In this document: positions 1 to 7,882 of the stretch, piece by piece
Numbering within the stretch: the stretch's first letter is position 1
Layout: each line of letters begins with the position of its first letter
From: an uncultured Nitrospiraceae bacterium
Lineage (GTDB): Bacteria > Nitrospirota > Nitrospiria > Nitrospirales > Nitrospiraceae
Direction: 5' to 3'
Length of the DNA: 64,000 nt
Assembly: GCA_963846575.1 (NCBI GenBank)
Contig: CAWJWJ010000002.1
Location: forward strand, 1,376,001-1,440,000
Made by a program: the position numbers and the translations under genes
Notes under the pieces: generated by a model
The model's database searches: none
Told to the model about the DNA's origin: nothing
What the model saw: the letters and a program-made list of their open reading frames with translations, nothing else

Positions 1-2
1 TG

Positions 3-206
3 GTCTTCCGTGGCACGATGCGGACCGGGGATTTCAAGCCCGGCAGCGAAAGCCTGGACGTGCAACTGTTTGCCCTCAGCGACATTCCCTGGGATGACCT
101 CGCGTTTCCCGTCATCCACAGCGCGCTTGAACGCTACGTGGCGGATGCGGCCCGTGGCACCTTCTCCATGCATTTCGGCAGCGTCTTTCCGGGGCTGAAA
201 TCGTAA
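3..206 (+). CDS. NUDIX hydrolase, C-terminal part (5' truncated by window edge)
   Basis: Open frame from window start; 'ESLDVQLFALSDIPWDDLAFP' resembles the C-terminus of ADP-ribose pyrophosphatase-like Nudix proteins. Confidence 0.7.
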   Translation, partial: VFRGTMRTGDFKPGSESLDVQLFALSDIPWDDLAFPVIHSALERYVADAARGTFSMHFGSVFPGLKS

Positions 207-242
207 ACGTGAACCACCCCGGCGGTGTTTCCGGCCTCCTGG

Positions 243-551
243 CTAATTGTTGCTGGGCATGATCAGCCCCAACTCATTCGCCGGCGGATGCACGAAGCTG
301 AAGCCTTTGGCCTCCTGATAATCCACCGTCATGCCGATGGTCCGGTGCACGCTCGCGCGATCCAGGGCGATGGTCAGTCCTTCGATGTGCTGCACCTCGT
401 CTTCTTCCTGGGGGGCGGGTTCCAGCGTGATGCTCAGGGAGAGGCGCTGGTCATCGAGGTCCCGTAGGGCTATACGCACGACCGGGTCTTCCGGATGTTC
501 CTTGATCAGCTGTCGCAAGCGCCCGATGGCGGTCCAGGTCAGGTTCAGCAT
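243..551 (-). CDS. HesB/IscA-like fold protein lacking the Fe-S cysteines
   Basis: MLNLTWTAIGRLRQLI...DEVQHIEGLTIALD...GMTVDYQEAKGFSF follows the HesB/IscA pattern; no CxC motif. Confidence 0.6.
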   Translation of the reverse strand: MLNLTWTAIGRLRQLIKEHPEDPVVRIALRDLDDQRLSLSITLEPAPQEEDEVQHIEGLTIALDRASVHRTIGMTVDYQEAKGFSFVHPPANELGLIMPSNN

Positions 552-553
552 GG

Positions 554-829
554 TTAGGTCTGCAGAGGCGGCTGAAGTGGCGTCATCCGGTAAAAATGGT
601 GAATGTCTACGAGCTGCTCCGCCCGGTCGATCGAATAAAAAATCCGCCAATCGCCCACGGCGTATTTGTGCAAGCCGGGTAAATCGGCAGCCACGGGTTC
701 GTGCCGCAGGTTCTCCACGTTGGAAGCCAGCCATTTGGTCTTGTCGAACAGCCGTTGCGCCATGGTCGTGTCGGCTGCACGCAGGTCGGTAATCACGTCG
801 GGCCGGAAGGCTAAGCGAAACCAGGGCAT
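554..829 (-). CDS. RelE/ParE-family type II toxin
   Basis: About 91 aa; 'LPGLHKYAVGDWRIFYSID' matches the RelE/StbE 'VGDYRIIY' core; directly downstream of a small acidic ORF. Confidence 0.75.
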   Translation of the reverse strand: MPWFRLAFRPDVITDLRAADTTMAQRLFDKTKWLASNVENLRHEPVAADLPGLHKYAVGDWRIFYSIDRAEQLVDIHHFYRMTPLQPPLQT

Positions 830-831
830 CG

Positions 832-1050
832 CTACCACCGCAAGCCGAGCTTGTCGGCCACTTCATCACCGGTCAGACGTTCCGTGGAAGCCAATGATTG
901 CTTGAGGCGATCGCGGACCGATTCGCCGAGCGGTGCGCCCAGGTCCGGGTCACCCAGCAAGGCGCGCAACCGGTCATCGACGATGCCTTCGACGAGGTTC
1001 TTCAGTTCCGCCAGACTGAGATTGGAGATGGTGATAGTCGGTTCGGTCAT
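832..1050 (-). CDS. putative antitoxin
   Basis: 72 aa, acidic, ends 'ERLTGDEVADKLGLRW' (antitoxin-like tail); 2 nt upstream of the toxin. Confidence 0.7.
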   Translation of the reverse strand: MTEPTITISNLSLAELKNLVEGIVDDRLRALLGDPDLGAPLGESVRDRLKQSLASTERLTGDEVADKLGLRW

Positions 1051-1486
1051 AAACTCGGATGGCCCATATTCATGAATCGAGCATACGGGGCTGGCGGCGG
1101 GAATTGCAAGCCTGCGGCTGAGACCTGTGATGCAACTCCATGAACCGTCCCTCCATTGAAAGAAACACGTAAAGTCGGAGCAGGTTCTGTCATGGGTCTG
1201 CGTGAAATCGCGACCGGATCCGCGCCGGTGGAATACCGGGGATGAACAGCCCGGGAACCCGGGCCCAGCAGGGGCTGTGCGCCAGGCTGAGCCGGATGAA
1301 CCTGGCGCCATGTTCATGATTGTCGTCTCTCTTCCAAACAGGTATGCTGCCTGAATTCTCTCCGGACAACGTAGATTCCGCTCTGACCGGATGGGTTCTA
1401 TTTGGATTGGGCCGTCCGATTCCTGCGGCGGTCGTCAGGTCATGGATGATTGATCAAGAACCGCGAAGCTGATCACACACTTTCCC

Positions 1487-2746
1487 ATGCGTTTTCTCCA
1501 CGCCTCAGATCTCCACATCGACAGTCCCTTGCGCGGGCTGGATCGTTACGACGGTGCACCGGTCGAGCGGCTGCGGAGCGCGACCCGGGCCGCCTTCGAG
1601 CGGCTGGTCGATCGCGCCATCTCCGAACGCGTGGACTTCGTGCTGCTCGCGGGTGACATCTACGACTGCGACTGGCAGGATTTTCACACCGGGCTGTTCT
1701 TTCGCGGACAGATGGTCCGCCTGGAGCGTGCCGGTATCCGCGTCTTCATCGTGCAGGGGAATCACGATGCGCAGGGGGTGATCTCGAAGCAGTTGGTCCT
1801 GCCGCCGAACGTCACGGTGTTTTCCAGCCGCACGGCCCAGACTGTCCGGATCGATGCCCTCCCGGTGGCGATCCATGGCCGCAGCTTTCCGGAGCGCGCG
1901 GTCGATGAAGATCTGGTTCCTTCCTATCCCGCACCTCTGCCCGGCTGCTTCAACATCGGCATGCTCCATACAAGCCTGACCGGGCGTGCGGGACATGATC
2001 CCTATGCGCCGACGGATCTGCCGACGCTGATCGAGAAGGGTTACGACTATTGGGCTCTCGGACACGTGCATGCGCGTGAGGTGTTGTCGGAGCGACCACG
2101 GATCGTGTTTTCCGGCAATCTGCAAGGCCGCCATGCGAAGGAGACCGGCGCGAAAGGATGCGAGCTGGTCACGGTGGAAGGGGGCCGTATCGAAGCCGAG
2201 TTTGTGCCCCTGGATGTCGTACGCTGGAGTCAGGTCTCCCTCCCGCTTCACGGCATCGACAGGCTGGAGGCGTTAAGCGACGCGTTCCGTCACGCGTTGG
2301 AGCCCGAACTTGCAGGAGCCACGGATCGGCTGCACGCGGTCCGTGTCACGCTGACGGGTGCGACGGAATTGCATCGGCTGGAAGCCACGCAACCGGGCAC
2401 GCTGGCGGCGGCGATGCGTGCGGCGGCGCAGGATGTCGGCGAGGCAGAAATCTGGATCGAGCAGGTGCGGCTGGATCTTTCGACGCCGTTGGATCGTGCA
2501 CAGGCGGCGCAACGGCAGGATGCAATCGGCGAGCTCCTGCGCCTCGTGGACTCGATTGCCGCGGATGACGCCGAACTGACGCGCCGGTTTCAGGCTGAAC
2601 TTGGCGGCCTGCTCGGGTCCATGCCGCAGGAAGTCGCTGCCGGAGACGTGCCGAAACTCGATGATCCGGCCGATTTGAAACGCCTCCTGAGGGATGCCGA
2701 AGCCACGGTGCTGGCGCGCCTCACCGATTCCGGGGACGGCGCATGA
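1487..2746 (+). CDS. YhaO/SbcD/Mre11-family metallophosphoesterase DNA nuclease
   Basis: Motifs HASDLH, LAGDIYD, GNHD, MLHTS, YWALGHVH, GNLQGRH. Confidence 0.92.
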   Translation: MRFLHASDLHIDSPLRGLDRYDGAPVERLRSATRAAFERLVDRAISERVDFVLLAGDIYDCDWQDFHTGLFFRGQMVRLERAGIRVFIVQGNHDAQGVISKQLVLPPNVTVFSSRTAQTVRIDALPVAIHGRSFPERAVDEDLVPSYPAPLPGCFNIGMLHTSLTGRAGHDPYAPTDLPTLIEKGYDYWALGHVHAREVLSERPRIVFSGNLQGRHAKETGAKGCELVTVEGGRIEAEFVPLDVVRWSQVSLPLHGIDRLEALSDAFRHALEPELAGATDRLHAVRVTLTGATELHRLEATQPGTLAAAMRAAAQDVGEAEIWIEQVRLDLSTPLDRAQAAQRQDAIGELLRLVDSIAADDAELTRRFQAELGGLLGSMPQEVAAGDVPKLDDPADLKRLLRDAEATVLARLTDSGDGA

Positions 2747-5700
2747 GGCTCATCACACTCCTCCTCCAGGCCTTTGGCCCCTTCAGAAACAAGACCCTGG
2801 ATTTTTCGACCGGCTCCGCTGACCTGCATGTGATTTATGGTCCGAATGAAGCAGGCAAGTCGTCGGCGTTACGAGCCATGACGGACCTCCGGTTTGGCAT
2901 TCCGCTCCGAAGCCCGGATGACTTCATCCATGCCGCGGGCGACCTGCGCATCGCCGGCATCTTCCTGGATCAGTCGGGTGAGAGGCTCGGCCTGGTCCGG
3001 CGCAAAGGGAGGGGTGCGACACTCTCCCGTTTGGATGCCACCACGGAACAGCGTGATCCGGGACCGGCCGTCGACAGCCGGCATGAACGCGAACTGACGG
3101 GCGGCCTGCAGCGTGCCGAGTTCGAAGCCATGTTCGGGCTCAACCACGCGCGGCTGCGGGAAGGCGGCAAGGTGCTGCTGAGTGGAGAAGGGGATCTCGG
3201 ATCGACGCTCTTCGAAGCCAGTGCGGGCACGCGCGGCATCACCGCGTTGCTCGCGGCCTTGGAGGTCGATGCGAAGAAACTCTATAGTCCCCACGGGCGG
3301 ACCCAGAACGCGGTGATCAACGAGGCGCGCCGGCAGCTCGATGAGCAGCGGCAGGCCTGGCGTCAGGCGCAAACGAAGCCCGCCGACTGGCAGACGCTGA
3401 ATCGCGCGCATGAAGCCGCGGCATCCGTCCTCGATGAGACGACGAAAGCCCTGGAGAGCCTGCGCCGCCGCGAGAACGAGTTAACCGAACTGCGCACCGT
3501 CGAGCCGTTGCTGCGGGAATATGACCGGGCAGCGGCGGCTCTGGAGTCACTGGCCGGGGCGCCGGACCTGGCGGACAATGCCCGCGAGGAGCGGCTGGCG
3601 GCGGTGCAGGCCCTGGACCATGCGTCGCGTGATCTGCGAGAGGCTGAGGCCGAGTTGGAACGCTGCGCACTGGACCTCCAGGCCCTGGCGCTTGAGCCGC
3701 TGGTGCTCGACCATGCGGAAGCGATCGAACGGCTGGTGGCAGGAGTTGCCTCGGCGGCGCGCCATCGTATCGAGGTGCAACAGCAGGGTGCTGTCATGAC
3801 GAAGATCGAGACCGATCTCGCCATGGCCGCGTCGCGGCTGGCGCCGGGGCGGGAACCGGGAGAGTTGCTCCAGGCCGTGCCTTCCTCCGCCGACCGGGTT
3901 GCGTTGGATGCTCACTTGACGCAGGTGAGTCGCCTGCGTGAGCGACTCGATGGTTACCGGCAGCGCGCAGAGGTGCTGGATATGGCTCTGCATCCGGACA
4001 ACCGGGACTCGTCTGTTCAGGCCGATCAGACCCTGAGGCAGCGCCTCGCCGCCGCCGTCCGGAGAGGCCAGTCCCTGGGTGACGTGGTGCGTCAAAAATC
4101 CGATTTGGAGCGCCAGTTGCGGGACCTCGAGACGGGGCTCGAGCAGGCGCTGTCGGATATGGGCAGTGCTTCTGACGAAGCCCTCCGGCAAACCCATCCG
4201 ATACTGGAGGCGCAGATTGCGCAGAACAAGCAGGAACTGGCAGCTCTCGAAGAGCAGCTCAGGAAGTTGCGCGACGAACAGCAGCTGGTGGGGCGGGATC
4301 TGGATAGTCAGCGACTGCGGCAGCGCCAGCTTGCCGCGGAAGGTGAGGTGGTCACCGCCGACACGTTGCGCCTCGCACGCGGCAAACGCGATCAGGGCTG
4401 GGCTCTGATCCGCCGTTGTTTCATCGAGCGGACACAGACGGCCGAGGACCTTGCTCCCGGATTCGACCCGACCAGGCCGCTGCCGGAGGCGTTCGAGGCA
4501 AGCGAACGGGAGGCGGATCGGCAAGCCGATTTGCTGCGTGCCGACGCCAAGCGAGCCGCGGGCGCGGAGGAATGTGCAGCGCGTATTGAACAAATGGAGG
4601 CGCGCCGCGCTGAGATTCTTGGGGAGATGGCGATGCTCGCCGCAACCCGTGGAGAACTGCTGGCTTCATGGGCCCGGCGGCTCAAGGAGGGTGGGCTGCC
4701 CGATCTGGAGCCTGATTCGTTACGTGAATGGCAAGGGAGGCGATATGATGCCCTGCAGTTGGCCGACCGGGTGGCAGCGCTACGCGCTGATCGTGATCGG
4801 CTTGTTGAAGACACTCAGGAAGCCGTGGCGGGAATTGCCGACGCGCTTCGGGCGCTGGGGCATCCTCTGATCGAGATCAAGCAGTCAGAGGCACAGGCGC
4901 TGTCCGCGTTGATCGAACGGGGACTGGGCTGGGAACAGAAGGCGGTGGAGGTTGAAGCCGACCGCAGCGCAAAACATAAAGTGCTTCAGGCGCAGCGTCT
5001 CGAACGCGGGAGGGTGGAGGCGTTACGCGCCGAGGCCGAGGCCGATTTGCAGCAGCACATCGCTGCCTTGCAACAGTGGCATGCCCGGTTGTTCATGCCG
5101 AGCGGGACGGTCCCGGAGGCGCTCAAGGTTCGCCTTGATGAACTCGACAGCCTGGCGCAGCAGGCTGCCATGTTGGGTGAGGCGCGGCAACGCAAGGCTC
5201 TGGTGCAGGCCATCCTGGATGACCTTATCCAGCAGTCCAAGCAGGTGGCTGGGTGGCTGGGCGAGCCGGCTTCCGTTGAGGTGGAGGATTTCGCGGACCG
5301 GCTGCGAGCCAGACTGAGCGCGGCGCGAGCCGCCGATCAGGCGCGGACGACCCTGCTGCGTGATCGGACCAAAGCGCAGGAGAAGCAACGGAACGCCGAA
5401 TCCGAAAGGGCCATGCAGGAGGCGGTGTTGGCGCGAATCTGCGCCGCTGCCGGGGTCACGACGATCGAGCGGGTGCCGCAACGTGAAGAGGAAGCCCTGC
5501 GCAAACGCGAGGCGCGGAAGTCCCTGTCGCAACTCTGCCAACAGATCGCGGCGGCGTCGTCGCATTCCGACTCGGAGCTTCGCCGGAGCCTGTCAGGCCG
5601 CGATGCGCTGACGATCGAGAGTGAGCGGGAGCGCTGTCGTGAAGAGATCACGATGCGGGAACAGGACCTGACCCACGCCCGGCATAACGAAGAGCATGCG

Positions 5701-6273
5701 CGGCGCGCCCTGGAAAGCATCGACGCTTCCGACCGGGCCGCCCTGGCCCGCGAGGCCATGGAGTCGGCGGCCGCCCGTTATCGCTCCGCGATCCGGCCCT
5801 GGGCCAGACTGAAGCTGGCGCGCGCGTTGCTGGAAGAAGCCTTGAACCGTTTCCGGGAGCGGGCGCAGGCGCCCATGGTCTCGGCGGCTTCGTCCTACTT
5901 CGCTCTTGTTACAGGGGGAGTCTATGAACGGCTGATCACGGATGACCAGCAGGACAAACCGGAGTTATGTGCGCTCCGCTCCGGCGGTTCCCGCATCCGG
6001 GTCGAGGAGATGAGCGAGGGGACGGCGGATCAGCTGTATCTCGCTTTGCGGCTGGCGGCGCTGGAAGTGCGACGCGCGGCCCATCCGCAGATGCCGCTGG
6101 TGCTCGATGATGCACTCATCACCTCCGATGACGAGCGCGCAGCCAATATCCTGCGGGCGCTGGCCCGGTTTGCGGAGGGCGGACAGGTCATGATTTTCAC
6201 CCACCATCAACATCTGCTCGACGTGGCCCGTGCGGCGCTCGGCGAGCGAGGCTTCGTGGCGCACAGGCTGTGA
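2743..6273 (+). CDS. YhaN/SbcE-like SMC-type ATPase (AAA_27) with long coiled coil
   Basis: Walker A GPNEAGKS, signature MSEGTADQLYLALRLA, Walker B LVLDD; ATGA overlap with the nuclease gene. Confidence 0.9.
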   Translation: MRLITLLLQAFGPFRNKTLDFSTGSADLHVIYGPNEAGKSSALRAMTDLRFGIPLRSPDDFIHAAGDLRIAGIFLDQSGERLGLVRRKGRGATLSRLDATTEQRDPGPAVDSRHERELTGGLQRAEFEAMFGLNHARLREGGKVLLSGEGDLGSTLFEASAGTRGITALLAALEVDAKKLYSPHGRTQNAVINEARRQLDEQRQAWRQAQTKPADWQTLNRAHEAAASVLDETTKALESLRRRENELTELRTVEPLLREYDRAAAALESLAGAPDLADNAREERLAAVQALDHASRDLREAEAELERCALDLQALALEPLVLDHAEAIERLVAGVASAARHRIEVQQQGAVMTKIETDLAMAASRLAPGREPGELLQAVPSSADRVALDAHLTQVSRLRERLDGYRQRAEVLDMALHPDNRDSSVQADQTLRQRLAAAVRRGQSLGDVVRQKSDLERQLRDLETGLEQALSDMGSASDEALRQTHPILEAQIAQNKQELAALEEQLRKLRDEQQLVGRDLDSQRLRQRQLAAEGEVVTADTLRLARGKRDQGWALIRRCFIERTQTAEDLAPGFDPTRPLPEAFEASEREADRQADLLRADAKRAAGAEECAARIEQMEARRAEILGEMAMLAATRGELLASWARRLKEGGLPDLEPDSLREWQGRRYDALQLADRVAALRADRDRLVEDTQEAVAGIADALRALGHPLIEIKQSEAQALSALIERGLGWEQKAVEVEADRSAKHKVLQAQRLERGRVEALRAEAEADLQQHIAALQQWHARLFMPSGTVPEALKVRLDELDSLAQQAAMLGEARQRKALVQAILDDLIQQSKQVAGWLGEPASVEVEDFADRLRARLSAARAADQARTTLLRDRTKAQEKQRNAESERAMQEAVLARICAAAGVTTIERVPQREEEALRKREARKSLSQLCQQIAAASSHSDSELRRSLSGRDALTIESERERCREEITMREQDLTHARHNEEHARRALESIDASDRAALAREAMESAAARYRSAIRPWARLKLARALLEEALNRFRERAQAPMVSAASSYFALVTGGVYERLITDDQQDKPELCALRSGGSRIRVEEMSEGTADQLYLALRLAALEVRRAAHPQMPLVLDDALITSDDERAANILRALARFAEGGQVMIFTHHQHLLDVARAALGERGFVAHRL

Positions 6274-6293
6274 GGGGCAGCCATGCGTGGTGG

Positions 6294-6887
6294 TCATGGC
6301 GCGTCGCAATGCGATCCGCCCGGTGATTCGCAGGAACAATCCAGGCAGCCGTGGACCGCGCATGTTCCACAGGCCTGCTCCACCTGACGCCGCAGGGCCT
6401 TCCTGGCCCGGTGTACGCGCACTGCGGCATTCTCGGCGGTGATGCCGGATTGCTGAGCCAGATCGCTCAGTGAACCGTTCTCCAGGTCCACGACCTGTAA
6501 CGCTGTCCGGTATTCGGGTTTGAGGGACTCCAGAAGACCTGACACGCAGTGGCAAATCTCCCGTCGAAGTTCCGCTTGCGGTTCCTGTACATCCGGAAAG
6601 TCACGTTCCCATCGCTTCAGGGCTCGTTCGGTTGCGGAGCGATGGCGGTAATGGTCTATGACGGCATTCCGCAGGATCCGATAAAACCAGGGCAGGATTT
6701 TTTCGTCCGCGACGCCCGCTCCGCGCTCCAAACCACGGGCCAGCGCGGATTGCAGAATGTCCTCGGCCGCGGCTCTGGATTCTACACGCCGTTCCAGGAA
6801 CGCTAGAAATGCGCGGTGTCCCTCCACCAGTGTAGCCGTGGCTTCAGGGGAGAGAGAGGGGGCGGACTTCGGCGGCATGTTCATCAT
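6294..6887 (-). CDS. ECF sigma factor, CorE-like (Cys-rich)
   Basis: sigma2 (AAEDILQ...WFYRILRNAVIDHYR), linker CHC, sigma4 (AAVRVHRARKALR), C-terminal CGTCAVHGCLDCSC. Confidence 0.85.
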   Translation of the reverse strand: MMNMPPKSAPSLSPEATATLVEGHRAFLAFLERRVESRAAAEDILQSALARGLERGAGVADEKILPWFYRILRNAVIDHYRHRSATERALKRWERDFPDVQEPQAELRREICHCVSGLLESLKPEYRTALQVVDLENGSLSDLAQQSGITAENAAVRVHRARKALRRQVEQACGTCAVHGCLDCSCESPGGSHCDAP

Positions 6888-6941
6888 GGCCTCAGATTAC
6901 CATGGCGTTCTTTGCACTGTCAGGTTTCGAAACCTCGCGGA

Positions 6942-7170
6942 CTGATTTGTATGACCGTCCGCTCCCGTCCTGTCCCCGCCTATCGAGGGCGGGGTTGCCG
7001 GACGTTTCCGGCTTGGCTCCGGTACCGCCGCAGCAGGGCGGAATCTGTGGCCGGACCAGGAGCCTGGTCATACGAATCAGCTTTTCCTCAGAGGTTGCTT
7101 TAATGCGACGGAATAGAGCAACCTGAGCCCTGGTAGGGTCTCCGGGCTCAGCCTGAGCGGTGGACCGCTC
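6942..7170. other. densely base-paired intergenic region (candidate structured RNA or miniature element)
   Basis: 15-bp inverted repeat 6942-6956/7066-7080 enclosing several hairpins, followed by three more hairpins. Confidence 0.45.
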
Positions 7171-7257
7171 CGTACGTACGTATGTAGCCTGTCTGTGACG
7201 GTTCAATGCTGATCGCGGCGGGACCCGGCAAACTGAAAGAGCGCGAGAGGAGCTGTG

Positions 7258-7878
7258 ATGAAGACCAGCCCGCTGGTTGAAGCGAGGGATGTGCGACTTC
7301 TGCTCCATGACAAACTGAAAATCGCGACCCGAGAATCCCACGCGACCTTCGAAGCCATGCTTCCCCTTCTGGATACTACGTTGACCAAGGATGCCTACGG
7401 GCAGTTACTCGCGCAGTTTTTGGGTTTTTATGGACCGCTCGAAGCGGCCATGGCCGGAGTCGGGCCACAAGCGCTGCGGGCCGAAGTCCTGCGACGCTCA
7501 AAGTTGCGTTGGCTGGTGCAGGATCTGCTCGCTCTGGGACGCAGTCAGGAAGAGATCGCCAGGCTTCCCCGCTGCCGCGACTTGCCTGATCTACTCCATA
7601 GCCATCAGGTGCTGGGAGCGCTTTACGTGGTCGAAGGCGCCACCTTGGGCGGTATCCTGATCACCCGACGTGTGAAACAGGCGCTCGGGGAAGAGGCCGA
7701 GCGGTGCAGTCGTTTCTTTCAGAGTTATGGTGCCGATGTACGCCCGATGTGGGACGCCTGTCTCGAGCTTCTGACACGGGCGGCGTCCGGACCAGAGCCG
7801 GAGCGTCAGATGATCCAGGCTGCCCGCGATACCTTCCACTGTTTTGAGCAGTGGCTCCGTCACGGCCGATCAAGATAA
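7258..7878 (+). CDS. bphO: biliverdin-producing heme oxygenase
   Basis: LKIATRESH (proximal His), LGALYVVEGATLGG motif; directly upstream of a phytochrome. Confidence 0.88.
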   Translation: MKTSPLVEARDVRLLLHDKLKIATRESHATFEAMLPLLDTTLTKDAYGQLLAQFLGFYGPLEAAMAGVGPQALRAEVLRRSKLRWLVQDLLALGRSQEEIARLPRCRDLPDLLHSHQVLGALYVVEGATLGGILITRRVKQALGEEAERCSRFFQSYGADVRPMWDACLELLTRAASGPEPERQMIQAARDTFHCFEQWLRHGRSR

Positions 7879-7882
7879 CGAC

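Noticed and set aside
1051..1317. Cys-containing 89-codon N-terminal extension of the antitoxin ORF
   Set aside because: No recognisable domain; the antitoxin-like part starts at 1050; probably chance open frame
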